In this document: positions 34,944 to 43,356 of the stretch, in pieces | Numbering within the stretch: the first letter of the stretch is position 1 | Layout of the letters: every line of letters starts with the position of its first letter | Assembly: GCA_964557535.1 (NCBI GenBank) | Contig: CAZLAD010000001.1 | Location: forward strand, 58,482-122,481 | Source: an uncultured Candidatus Saccharibacteria bacterium | Lineage (GTDB): Bacteria > Patescibacteriota > Minisyncoccia > Phycocordibacterales > CSBR16-119 | Reading direction: 5' to 3' | DNA: 64,000 bases | Program-made: the position numbers and the translations under genes | The notes under the pieces: model-generated | Told to the model about the DNA's origin: nothing | Seen by the model: the letters and a program-made list of their open reading frames with translations, nothing else | Databases searched by the model: none

Positions 34944-35825
34944 ATGTCAAAAGACTATTACAAAATTCTAGAAGTTGATAAAAGCGCTTCCAAAGAAGAG
35001 CTGAAAAAAGCTTTTCGTAAAAAGGCGCACGAATATCATCCGGACAAGAAAACTGGCAATGAAGCCAAGTTCAAGGAAGTGAACGAGGCTTACCAGGTTC
35101 TTTCTGACGACCAGAAACGCGCACAGTACGATCGGTTTGGTTCTGCCGGACCGCAGTTTGGCGGTCAAGGAAGTCAGGGCTTTGGTGGATTCGATTTTGG
35201 CGGATTCAATATCAACTTCGACGGTTTCCAGAATGGTCAGGAATTTGATTTGAACGACTTGTTCTCGGCTTTTGGTGGCGGAGGATTCGGCCGCCGCGTC
35301 AAACGCGGCAGGGACATAATTTTGTCACTTAGTATTTCGTTTAAAGAATCTGTTCAGGGAACTTCCAAAACTATCAAAGTTCCGTCCGAAAGCGCACAGA
35401 AAGGAAAGGGTGAAGTCGAATTCAAAATCCCAGCCGGTATCGAGTCAGGACAGATGATGAAGCTCCAAGGCTATGGCGAGCCAGTTGCCGATGGTCAGCC
35501 AGGAGATCTACTTCTCAAAATCTACGTCGAGTCACATAAATCTTTGCGCAAAGAGGGAATTCATCTTGTCACGAATCTCTCTGTCAAACTTACCGACGCC
35601 ATCCTCGGCGCGACGTATGACGTCGAAGGTGTTGATGGTCCGATCAAAATCAAAATTCCAAAAGGCATAAACACTGGCAAAATTCTCCGCATCAAAGGCG
35701 CCGGCGTCGCCGCAGGGCGTTTCCAGCATGGCGACCTGCTCGTCGTTGTCGAAGTTGAAATTCCAGATTCACTTTCTCGCGAACAAAAGAAAATCATTGA
35801 AGATCTCCAAAAATCCGGTTTGTAA
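34944..35825 (+). CDS. dnaJ: DnaJ-class co-chaperone (CbpA-like, no zinc-finger domain)
   Basis: J-domain with HPD (YYKILEV...YHPDK), a G/F-rich region, and C-terminal substrate-binding domains. No CxxCxGxG repeats. Confidence 0.85.
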   Translation: MSKDYYKILEVDKSASKEELKKAFRKKAHEYHPDKKTGNEAKFKEVNEAYQVLSDDQKRAQYDRFGSAGPQFGGQGSQGFGGFDFGGFNINFDGFQNGQEFDLNDLFSAFGGGGFGRRVKRGRDIILSLSISFKESVQGTSKTIKVPSESAQKGKGEVEFKIPAGIESGQMMKLQGYGEPVADGQPGDLLLKIYVESHKSLRKEGIHLVTNLSVKLTDAILGATYDVEGVDGPIKIKIPKGINTGKILRIKGAGVAAGRFQHGDLLVVVEVEIPDSLSREQKKIIEDLQKSGL

Positions 35826-35885
35826 ACAAGAAACCCATATATCTATCGGTGGTTTATAATTTACATATGTTACACTTAGACCACC

Positions 35886-36455
35886 ATGAAAAAGGTTTTT
35901 CGGAAGGCTAAAATAGATTACAAAGAAATCGTATTGAAATCACTTTTAGCTCTTGGTATTGTCGGACTTGCTACTCTAGCTCCAAATGCATTACAAATAA
36001 TAAAACTATTCCAAAACGACAAGGATTACAAATACCGAAAATATAATTTAAACAAAAAGATTTTTCTTTTACAAAAACAAGGCTATATTTATTTTGTCAC
36101 GAGAAATGGACAAAAGTTTGTGACGCTGACACCAAAAGGTAAGAAAGAAGTTGATAAATATTTACTTGGAGATCTGCAAATAAAAAAGCCCAAGAAGTGG
36201 GACAAGAAGTGGCGGATTGTTAGTTTTGATGTGAAAAATACCAGAACACCGCTTCGCAATCTCTTACGGCATCACTTGCGCCGTCTTGGATTTGTGCAAT
36301 ATCAGAAAAGTATTTGGATTCATCCGTATGATTGTGAGGAAATTATCATTATGATGAAATCGTATTTTAAATTCGGCAAGGAAGTAATGTATATAGTGGC
36401 TGAGCATTTAGAAAATGATAAAGATCTTCAGAAACATTTTGAAATAAAACGATAA
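35886..36455 (+). CDS. PaaX-family regulator-like protein (paralog 2)
   Basis: WDKKWRIVSFDVKNTRTPLRNLLRHHLRRLGFVQYQKSIWIHPYDCEE aligns with the C-terminus of 30774..31298. About 36% GC. Confidence 0.6.
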   Translation: MKKVFRKAKIDYKEIVLKSLLALGIVGLATLAPNALQIIKLFQNDKDYKYRKYNLNKKIFLLQKQGYIYFVTRNGQKFVTLTPKGKKEVDKYLLGDLQIKKPKKWDKKWRIVSFDVKNTRTPLRNLLRHHLRRLGFVQYQKSIWIHPYDCEEIIIMMKSYFKFGKEVMYIVAEHLENDKDLQKHFEIKR

Positions 36456-36500
36456 TTAAGGTTGCTTATCTTGAACATATGTAAATAATAAGCAACTTGG

Positions 36501-36569
36501 GGTAAAGGTAAAATCGAAATTCCAGAAAGTCTTTCAAGAGAGCAGAAGAAGTTGGTGAAGGAGGTATAA
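36501..36569 (+). pseudogene. Displaced 3'-terminal fragment of a dnaJ gene
   Basis: Translates to [22 protein letters not shown]. There are 12 identities in 17 residues with the current DnaJ C-terminus [17 protein letters not shown], many synonymous nucleotide differences, and no upstream ORF. Confidence 0.5.
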
Positions 36570-36596
36570 AAGCGAGACCTCTAAGATTTAATTAAT

Positions 36597-37082
36597 TTAA
36601 TATCCAACACAATCACCCATTGACGCGCCTAATATTGGAATACCCAAAAGACTTGTATTTTTTGTGTAGGTAGAAACCCCTTTATTTTTGTATATCGTAT
36701 GAACAGTTATGTAATTTTCCCCTGTGCCTTCGATGTAGACTATTTTTTCTTCATTTTCGACTAATTTCAAAAGCGGGACATTAGTGATTGTTTTAGTTGC
36801 ATCAATATAGCTTAATTGACCCGTTTCGCTATTTTCTAGATCAGAGAACGTAAAAATTAAAGGATTGGTTTCGGGTTTGTTTAATGAATGAGAAATAAAG
36901 TTGTCAGAATAATTTGCACTTAAGGTTTGGGGGTAAGTACAGGTTATTTGTTGACCAAACGATAGATTTGTGTCCCAGAAGGGTCTCCTTGCTTCACTGT
37001 AATTAATAAAATTATAATGAAAAATTATATATCCAATCAACACTCCAACACTTATAAATCCGATTATTTTTAATATTTTCAT
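36597..37082 (-). CDS. Hypothetical exported or membrane-anchored protein (161 aa), AT-rich
   Basis: N-terminal TM/signal (ILKIIGFISVGVLIGYIIF). About 33% GC. No motifs. Confidence 0.5.
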   Translation of the reverse strand: MKILKIIGFISVGVLIGYIIFHYNFINYSEARRPFWDTNLSFGQQITCTYPQTLSANYSDNFISHSLNKPETNPLIFTFSDLENSETGQLSYIDATKTITNVPLLKLVENEEKIVYIEGTGENYITVHTIYKNKGVSTYTKNTSLLGIPILGASMGDCVGY

Positions 37083-37103
37083 ATAAATTTACTTATAATA
37101 ATT

Positions 37104-38468
37104 TTATATCTTCCTCACCTCAAATTCCTCTCCCAAGTCTTTAATCTCGTAACCAAGAGACTTTATTTTATCGCGAAGCTCGTCTGATTTGTCCCAGTCT
37201 TTGGCGAGGCGGGCGGAGTTGCGTTCACGGGCGAGAGACAGGACTTCATCAGGAATTTCGTCACGGGTCCATGTGTCCATTCCGAGTCCGAGGACCTGGT
37301 CAAAGTCGAGAAGTGTCGCGCGTTTGTCGGCGAGGAGTGTTTCTTTGTCATTTACAAGTTCCCACATGACGGCCAAGGCTTTCGGCGTATTCAAATTGTC
37401 TTCCAAGGCCTCGGTAAATATTTTTTTATAATGCGCGCTCACGGTTCCGATGTCGGTTCCGAGATCGAGAAAATTATTTTTGAGTTTCTTCAGAGCATTT
37501 TGCGAAGCTTCGAGTGACTCCCAAGTGAAGTTTACAAGGCTTCGATAGTTGGCCTGGAGCAAAAAGTAGCGGTAGTCGATCGGACTGAAACCTTTTTCTT
37601 CCAAAGTTTTTAAGTAGACATCATTGCCCAAAGATTTGGAAATTTTTTCATCGTTTACGTTTAGGAAATTGTTGTGAAGCCAGAAGTTTACATATTTTTG
37701 ACCAGTGGCGTTTTCGGACTGGGCGATTTCGTTGTTGTGATGGATGGAGATGTGATCAATCCCGCCGGTGTGGATATCAAAATGCTCGCCCAAATATTTC
37801 ATCGACATACCGGAACATTCGATGTGCCAACCAGGAAAGCCTTTACCCCATGGCGTGTCCCAGCCGAGTTCGGAATTGAATTTCCAAAGCGCAAAGTCAC
37901 GCGGGTTTTTCTTTTCATTGTTTGTCTCCACACGTGCGACATTTTCATCTGAGAGTCCGCCAAGCGCGCCGTATTTGGAATCTTTGGAAGTATCAAAATA
38001 AAGTCCGTCAGAAGTTTTGTAGACGAAACCTTTTTCTTTCAGCTTTTTGATAATCTCAATGTCCTCGGCAATGTGATCAGTCGCGCGAGGGAACTTGTCG
38101 GCGAGAATTATGTTTAGTTTTTGTAAGTCTTCGATATAAGCTTTTTCGTATTTTTCGGCAACTTCTTTCATGGCTTCCACGGTCATTGGCAGACCCTCAC
38201 GTTTCAGGGCCTTGGTCATTTTGTCCTCGCCATCATCGCCGTCCGAAACGAGATGCCCGACGTCGGTTATGTTGATGACGTGTTTTACTTCCAGTCCTTC
38301 GTACCTTAGGGTTCGTTTCAAAATATCGGCGAAAACATACGAACGGAGATTTCCGATGTGGGCATAATTGTAAACGGTCGGTCCGCACGAATACATCTTG
38401 ACCAGACCTTCGGTCCGGGGCTTAAATTCTTCCTCGGTTTTTGAAAGGGTATTGTAAATTTTCAACAT
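37104..38468 (-). CDS. cysS: Cysteinyl-tRNA synthetase
   Basis: CGPTVYNYAHIGNLRSY (HIGH) and KMSKSLGN motifs, with Zn-binding Cys/His positions. Confidence 0.93.
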   Translation of the reverse strand: MLKIYNTLSKTEEEFKPRTEGLVKMYSCGPTVYNYAHIGNLRSYVFADILKRTLRYEGLEVKHVINITDVGHLVSDGDDGEDKMTKALKREGLPMTVEAMKEVAEKYEKAYIEDLQKLNIILADKFPRATDHIAEDIEIIKKLKEKGFVYKTSDGLYFDTSKDSKYGALGGLSDENVARVETNNEKKNPRDFALWKFNSELGWDTPWGKGFPGWHIECSGMSMKYLGEHFDIHTGGIDHISIHHNNEIAQSENATGQKYVNFWLHNNFLNVNDEKISKSLGNDVYLKTLEEKGFSPIDYRYFLLQANYRSLVNFTWESLEASQNALKKLKNNFLDLGTDIGTVSAHYKKIFTEALEDNLNTPKALAVMWELVNDKETLLADKRATLLDFDQVLGLGMDTWTRDEIPDEVLSLARERNSARLAKDWDKSDELRDKIKSLGYEIKDLGEEFEVRKI

Positions 38469-38474
38469 TTGTAA

Positions 38475-38480
38475 ATTATA
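38475..38480 (-). promoter_or_regulatory. -10 TATAAT 6 nt upstream of the cysS ATG (leaderless)
   Basis: Minus strand: gatgaTATAAT, then ttacaa, then ATG. Confidence 0.5.
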
Positions 38481-38552
38481 TCATCAAAAGTTTTTAAACC
38501 TCGGCGTTGACTAAAGTAAGAATTTAAGATAAAAATAAGCCAAACCCCAGAT

Positions 38553-38951
38553 TTGATCATGACCACCTTCACACAACCAATCCGCTCTGCTGTTACTTCC
38601 ATCTTTCTCTGTCCCGCGGAGCGCCTTCATTGGATCCCCATCATGGACAGGTTGGCCCACGAACAACCGACTTTTCCAAGACACATGCATCGCGTGGCCG
38701 ACAAGGTTCTTGATATGATCCCAGAAAAGGGTCCGTGCATTGTGATCACCGACTCGCTTGTATCGGGTACTATGAAAGACGCTGCAGAATTTGCCCGGCT
38801 TTGCCGTGAGCGAAATGCTTTGTGCAGGGTGATTCTGTACACCGGAGAATCTTACGATCTCAATCCGAAAGACTTCGACTGTCACATCAATGCCTTTGAT
38901 TCAGAAGGCTATGATGAGCTCTTCAAGAAGATCGCGGAGTACATTTCATAA
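38553..38951 (+). CDS. Hypothetical protein (132 aa) in a GC-elevated islet; weak receiver-domain-like pattern
   Basis: About 50% GC. CIVITDSLVSGTM...RVILYTGES loosely resembles a CheY-like D...T fold. A downstream bidirectional terminator is present. The antisense ORF 38511..38885 is judged an artefact. Confidence 0.35.
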   Translation: MIMTTFTQPIRSAVTSIFLCPAERLHWIPIMDRLAHEQPTFPRHMHRVADKVLDMIPEKGPCIVITDSLVSGTMKDAAEFARLCRERNALCRVILYTGESYDLNPKDFDCHINAFDSEGYDELFKKIAEYIS

Positions 38952-38970
38952 GTGAGATCGGACGATAAGA

Positions 38971-39006
38971 AATGGCGGACCGTACCCGGTCCGCCATTCC
39001 GCTTTT
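38971..39006. terminator. Bidirectional terminator between the 38553 ORF (+) and corA (-)
   Basis: 12-bp stem AATGGCGGACCG/CGGTCCGCCATT with loop TACC, then CCGCTTTTC. Confidence 0.75.
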
Positions 39007-39926
39007 CACATCCATTTCTTGCCTTTGAAATAGATTATAGTTATGAGTCCGACGATGACCATAAGAACCAAAACCAAGAAAAAGTCATTTGGACTATGGA
39101 TGAAAAGCACGTTTTCAGAAGTGTTCATACCGAAAATTCCAGTAATAAGCGTGACGGGCAGAAGAACCGACGTCATGGCGGTGAGGCGACCCATGGCCGT
39201 GTTTGTCTTTGTGGTCAAAAGTGAGTCGTTCGTGTCTCGCAAGTCAGTTAAAATCTCTTTGCCAACATCGAGGGTGTTTTTGACCCGGTTGTATTCTGAA
39301 GTAGCGATACCGAGAAGGTGATGAAAATTCTGTCCAAATAATTCGACAGACGATATTTCGAAAGATTTAAAAATTTCCCCATGATGACGCAAGGCTTGTT
39401 TGAAATTCAAGAATTTTCTATTCGTTTCAGAGATTTGTGAGACAGCCTCGACTTGTTTTTCTTTGAAAATATTTTTCTCGATCATTTTGAGTGAGTCATT
39501 GATATTTTCGAGGTTGTCGAGAGAGTTTTTGTAAATTTCGCGCAATAAATGTACAAAAAGATATCCGGCATTCTCGCCAATATTTGTTTTGTCGAGGTAT
39601 GATTCGCGTTCAAACATCCGAGAAAAATTGTTTACGGGATCGATTTTTTCATATCGAGTCGTGATTAGAAAATTTTGACCGATAACAAAATCGATTTCTT
39701 GTTCCACGGAATCTTCACCTTGGCCGATGACAGGAAAATGGAGAACCAGATATATAAGACCAAGTTTTTTATAATAATCGACTTTTGAACGAATCGTGCA
39801 AGTCCCGAGTTCTTCAGCGATTGTCTCCGGCAACTTGTATTCTTCGGCAATATCTAGAATCTCGCCACGGGTCGGAGATTCAAGATCAACCCAAGTAGTA
39901 TTTTTATATTTGTATTTGAAAATCAT
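39006..39926 (-). CDS. corA: Magnesium/cobalt transporter CorA
   Basis: C-terminal two TM helices with the signature FGMNTS (GMN) motif. Confidence 0.85.
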   Translation of the reverse strand: MIFKYKYKNTTWVDLESPTRGEILDIAEEYKLPETIAEELGTCTIRSKVDYYKKLGLIYLVLHFPVIGQGEDSVEQEIDFVIGQNFLITTRYEKIDPVNNFSRMFERESYLDKTNIGENAGYLFVHLLREIYKNSLDNLENINDSLKMIEKNIFKEKQVEAVSQISETNRKFLNFKQALRHHGEIFKSFEISSVELFGQNFHHLLGIATSEYNRVKNTLDVGKEILTDLRDTNDSLLTTKTNTAMGRLTAMTSVLLPVTLITGIFGMNTSENVLFIHSPNDFFLVLVLMVIVGLITIIYFKGKKWM

Positions 39927-39979
39927 TTAAAAATTATAACACCCAAACTATGAAAAAACGTCAAAAATATGGGGAATTC

Positions 39980-40151
39980 GGGGGCTTGCCCCCACACCTA
40001 TATTTCCATTATTCTGCTTTTTCAAAATAAGCTTTCAAAATTATCAAAATTATTGGCAATATCAACGGTTGGACTAGTCAAATTTGCAGAATAAAAAGCC
40101 ATGGAAACATAGGTGTAGGGGGCTTGCAATTTTTTGGATTTCATATAGAAT
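39980..40151 (+). repeat. Structured intergenic element B (homolog of element A) carrying the rplU promoter
   Basis: GGGGGCTTGCCCCC hairpin at 39980-39993. IR ACACCTATATTTCCAT (39994-40009) and ATGGAAACATAGGTGT (40101-40116). Then AGGGGGCTTGC with a -35 TTGCAA (40124-29), a 16-nt spacer, and TAGAAT (40146-51), 9 nt before the rplU ATG. Confidence 0.65.
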
Positions 40152-40160
40152 ACTTCCGTT

Positions 40161-40475
40161 ATGAAATTTGCTGTAATCAAAACCGGCGGAAAGCAATATA
40201 AAGTCGCTGAAGGCGAGATTCTAAAGATCGAGAAGCTCGACGGTGACTTCCAAAAAGGTGACAAAGTAACTTTTGATCAAGTTATGGCTGTTATCGATGG
40301 CGACAAAATCGAAGTCGGGACTCCAACGCTTGCCAAGAAAGTTGAGGCCACCTTCGAAGAAGCTGGACGCAACAAAACCATCGACGTTATCAAATACAAA
40401 GCGAAATCAAACTATTTCAAAAAGCGTGGTCACCGACAGCCATTTATAAAGGTAAAAATTGGAAAAATAGCTTAA
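40161..40475 (+). CDS. rplU: Ribosomal protein L21
   Basis: MKFAVIKTGGKQYKVAEGEILKIEKL... No rpmA follows. Confidence 0.92.
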   Translation: MKFAVIKTGGKQYKVAEGEILKIEKLDGDFQKGDKVTFDQVMAVIDGDKIEVGTPTLAKKVEATFEEAGRNKTIDVIKYKAKSNYFKKRGHRQPFIKVKIGKIA

Positions 40476-40481
40476 AGAAAA

Positions 40482-40520
40482 AGCAAAAATCCGCCAGACA
40501 GGCGGATTTTTGCTTCGTTT
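40482..40520. terminator. Intrinsic terminator after rplU
   Basis: 14-bp stem AGCAAAAATCCGCC/GGCGGATTTTTGCT with loop AGACA, then TTCGTTT. Confidence 0.8.
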
Positions 40521-40575
40521 ACAAAATTTGGTAAATATGGTACTTTGATTGATAAAGAACCAAACACGACCAGCC

Positions 40576-40932
40576 ATGAACACCAAGCTTTTCGGCATTT
40601 TCTTTTTCCTCGTCCTGTGTACAATCTCTCCAGCACGGGGTCAGACCTACATCGAGCCCAAGATGCCCATCGATAGCCTCGATATCGCCCTCGACAAGGA
40701 CGGGTGTATGAGCATCATTGTTGAATATGAAAGTGACATCCTGTGTTTCTTCACGGAAGACGGCCAACAATACAACCCAAGTGGTTATGTTGGGTTTCGT
40801 CCGGGGACGAAGATGCGCGATGTTTCGTTCTGCAACAACTCGGCGTTCATATATGATCCCGCGAGCAAGACATTGTCCTTGGGTGGACGTGTGATCAAGC
40901 AGTGGGCGTATCGGGCACGAGGCAGGCGTTAG
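40576..40932 (+). CDS. Small secreted hypothetical protein (about 118 aa, 4 Cys) in a GC-elevated islet
   Basis: Signal peptide MNTKLFGIFFFLVLCTISPARGQ. About 50% GC. Flanked by strong terminators on both sides. Confidence 0.5.
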   Translation: MNTKLFGIFFFLVLCTISPARGQTYIEPKMPIDSLDIALDKDGCMSIIVEYESDILCFFTEDGQQYNPSGYVGFRPGTKMRDVSFCNNSAFIYDPASKTLSLGGRVIKQWAYRARGRR

Positions 40933-40952
40933 CGATCGATCATGGTCATTTG

Positions 40953-40988
40953 AAGGGCCCCGGATTCCGGGGCCCTTCTTGTTTATTT
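40953..40988. terminator. Bidirectional terminator between the secreted ORF (+) and recR (-)
   Basis: 11-bp stem AAGGGCCCCGG/CCGGGGCCCTT with loop ATT, then CTTGTTTATTT. Confidence 0.8.
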
Positions 40989-41603
40989 ACGATTCGAAAA
41001 TGCTGATTCAAATGTTTCTTTGTCAGAGTATTCAAGTTCGGTGCCGGTTGAGAGTCCACGTCCGAGAATTGAAATCTTGATTCCTTTTTGTTCGAAGTCT
41101 GCTAACTTTTCTTTTAAATATTCGAGCGTATATTCACCTTGTGGATTGACCGAGAGTCCCAGAATTATTTCTACCAATTCTCCAGCGGCAATTTTTTTCT
41201 CAATAATTTTTTTTAACTCATTTATACGGATGAGATTTTCTGGATCTTTGGCGAGTACTGGAATCGAGCCCCCGAGGACGAAGTAAAGCCCGCGATAAAA
41301 ATGCATTGATTCTAGGTTTTCCAAATCAGAATCTTTTTCGACTACAAGCAGGAGACTTCGATCGCGATTTGGATCGCGCGCGATAGGGGAAAGCGTGGCC
41401 TTTGGGTCGCTTGAATAAAAGTATTGAAAAGATTCTTGGCACAAGTGAATGTTTTCTTTCAGTCTTGAAATTGCTGTCGCAAGGTCGCGATTGAAATTTA
41501 CATTTTTGCGAAGTAAGTAATAAACGAAACGCTTGGCCTGGCGTTTGCCGACGCCTGGGAACTTCTCAAATATTTCTGCTAAGTTTTCAATGCTATTTGG
41601 CAT
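40983..41603 (-). CDS. recR: Recombination protein RecR with degenerate zinc finger
   Basis: HhH (FPGVGKRQAKRFVYYLL) and Toprim (SLLLVVEKDSDLENLE) domains are conserved. The C4 zinc-finger region retains only one Cys (HLCQESFQYFYSS...). Confidence 0.8.
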   Translation of the reverse strand: MPNSIENLAEIFEKFPGVGKRQAKRFVYYLLRKNVNFNRDLATAISRLKENIHLCQESFQYFYSSDPKATLSPIARDPNRDRSLLLVVEKDSDLENLESMHFYRGLYFVLGGSIPVLAKDPENLIRINELKKIIEKKIAAGELVEIILGLSVNPQGEYTLEYLKEKLADFEQKGIKISILGRGLSTGTELEYSDKETFESAFSNRK

Positions 41604-41606
41604 AGG

Positions 41607-42998
41607 CTAAAAGCTATCAAATGCTTCGTCGGCATTAACTACCGGTCCGTAACCGCCACTTTTCTCGATCGGCAAGAATGTTGAATTTTTCTCGTCGAAA
41701 TACAAATCAACTTTTCCAACCGGACCGTTTCGGTGTTTTTCGATCAAGATCTCGGCGATACCAGTAGACTCGCTGTCGGTTCTGGTACCGGATCTGTCTT
41801 CGCGGTGGATGAACATGACGACGTCGGCGTCTTGTTCGATGGAACCGGAGTCGCGAAGGTCAGAAAGTCTCGGTTTACCACCACGAGATTCGACGGCACG
41901 CGAAAGCTGAGAAAGTGCAAGGACGGGGACGTTTAGTTCGCGAGCGAGGCCTTTGAGCGAGCGGGAAATTTCGGTAACTTGGTTGACCATCGAATCGTAA
42001 TTTTTGCTCGTGTTCATGAGTTGGAGGTAGTCGACGACGATGAGTCCGAGACCGAATTCGGTTTTCCAGCGACGGGCGACGGACTTCATTTTGATGATAG
42101 AGTTTCCAGCTTGGTCGTCGATGTAAATTGGCGCTTTTGAAAGTTCGTTCAAGGCGTCGCGGATTTTATTGAAATCTGACTCGGCGCTAAGTTTCCCGGT
42201 GCGGAGTTTCCAGGCATCGACGTGGGCTTGGGCAGAGAGCATGCGTTGGGTTAATTGTTGCGCAGACATTTCCAGAGAAAATACGCCGACCGGAACACCG
42301 GCTTTGACCGCGGCGTTTCTGGCGATGTCGAGCGCGAGAGTTGTTTTACCGACTGATGGACGCGCCGCGAGAATAATGAGATCGGATTTGTGAAGTCCAC
42401 CAAGCAGGTTGTCGAGACTTGTAAATCCAGTTGTGACGCCACCCAAGCCTTCTTTGTTGTCGTGAAGTTTTTCGAGATGCTCCCAAGTTTCGTGCAAGCT
42501 TTGTTTTAGACTAACGAATGTCTGACCTTTCGGATCGCCGGTAATAGCAAAAACTTTTTTCTCGGCTTCGTCCATCAAGTCTTCGACGGGTACATCGGAT
42601 TCGGAAAATCCAACATTGGCCAAATGTTCTCCGGCTTCGATAAGCCTCCTCATCAAACTTTTCTTGTAAACGATGCGAGCGTAATGCTTCACATTGGTCG
42701 AAGCGGGAACGGAATTTGTCAGATCGGTCAGATATGTGCGGCCACCGATTTGTTCGAGTTGTCCGCGATTTTTTAGAGATGTTGAAAGTGACAAGAGATC
42801 AATCGGTTCGTTTTTGGAAAACAGATCAATCATCGCTTTGAAAATTATGCGATGTTTTTCGGAATAAAAAGTTTCAGCTTGGACGATGTCGATGATTTCG
42901 TTTAGGGCTTGCGGATTTAGCATAATCGAACCCAAAGTTGCTTGCTCGGCATCGAGATCGTGGGGCGGAATGCGTACATGTTTTTTGACTTCAGACAT
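41607..42998 (-). CDS. dnaB: Replicative DNA helicase DnaB
   Basis: Walker A LIILAARPSVGKTTLAL, Walker B VVDYLQLM, and a RecA-like C-terminal domain. Confidence 0.93.
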   Translation of the reverse strand: MSEVKKHVRIPPHDLDAEQATLGSIMLNPQALNEIIDIVQAETFYSEKHRIIFKAMIDLFSKNEPIDLLSLSTSLKNRGQLEQIGGRTYLTDLTNSVPASTNVKHYARIVYKKSLMRRLIEAGEHLANVGFSESDVPVEDLMDEAEKKVFAITGDPKGQTFVSLKQSLHETWEHLEKLHDNKEGLGGVTTGFTSLDNLLGGLHKSDLIILAARPSVGKTTLALDIARNAAVKAGVPVGVFSLEMSAQQLTQRMLSAQAHVDAWKLRTGKLSAESDFNKIRDALNELSKAPIYIDDQAGNSIIKMKSVARRWKTEFGLGLIVVDYLQLMNTSKNYDSMVNQVTEISRSLKGLARELNVPVLALSQLSRAVESRGGKPRLSDLRDSGSIEQDADVVMFIHREDRSGTRTDSESTGIAEILIEKHRNGPVGKVDLYFDEKNSTFLPIEKSGGYGPVVNADEAFDSF

Positions 42999-43083
42999 AG
43001 GCTGATTTTAGCACGACCGTCGAAACCCAACTCATTGCCAAAAGTTTGTGGATTGTGTGGAGAAGGGGGATAAAGACAGGTGC

Positions 43084-43112
43084 TTGACAAATAATTTCTA
43101 ATATGCTACATT
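43084..43112 (+). promoter_or_regulatory. Promoter, copy 2 of the TTGACAAATAA-N5-AATATGCTA module
   Basis: TTGACA at 43084-89, a 17-nt spacer, and an extended -10 TGcTACATT at 43107-12. Confidence 0.5.
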
Positions 43113-43327
43113 TAACCAGCTTGCATTTCGCTTGCAATAACCGGCCTAGGGCCACAAACCCGCCCTTTCACAACTATCGTCATTTGGGCTGATAACCCCA
43201 CAGATGGTCTTCGGACCCCAGACCTACCAAGGAATCTGTGTTTGACATACGATTACACGGCTCGAAGTTTTCTGTCGGCCATTAATCTTCCGCCCCGCGC
43301 AGCAATGTGCGGGGCAACTTTTTTGTA
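43113..43327 (+). ncRNA. Candidate small non-coding RNA or leader of about 200 nt (promoter to intrinsic terminator), class unknown
   Basis: Lies between the promoter at 43084 and a strong terminator at 43292-43327. There is no ORF. It contains hairpins GGCCTAGGGCC and GGTCTTCGGACC. trpS downstream has its own -10 right after the terminator. Confidence 0.3.
43292..43327 (+). terminator. Rho-independent terminator immediately upstream of the trpS promoter
   Basis: Stem GCCCCGC(g)CA/TG(t)GCGGGGC with a 4-nt loop, followed by AACTTTTTTG. Confidence 0.75.
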
Positions 43328-43341
43328 TAAACCCTAAACTT

Positions 43342-43350
43342 TGCTAAAAT
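43342..43350 (+). promoter_or_regulatory. Extended -10 TGcTAAAAT 6 nt upstream of the trpS ATG (leaderless)
   Basis: TGCTAAAAT, then taggca, then ATG at 43357. Confidence 0.55.
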
Positions 43351-43356
43351 TAGGCA

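Noticed and set aside
38511-38885. 124-aa minus-strand ORF opposite the 38553..38951 gene
   Set aside because: It lies in a GC-elevated region. The plus-strand frame is longer and ends at the bidirectional terminator. The minus-strand one is likely artefactual, although neither frame has strong support.
43113-43356. T-box riboswitch leader for trpS
   Set aside because: Promoter, leader and terminator upstream of an aaRS gene look T-box-like. I could not find the T-box consensus (AAUUAGGGUGGNACCGCG) or a specifier-loop context. trpS also has its own -10 immediately after the terminator. It is kept as an unclassified sRNA candidate.
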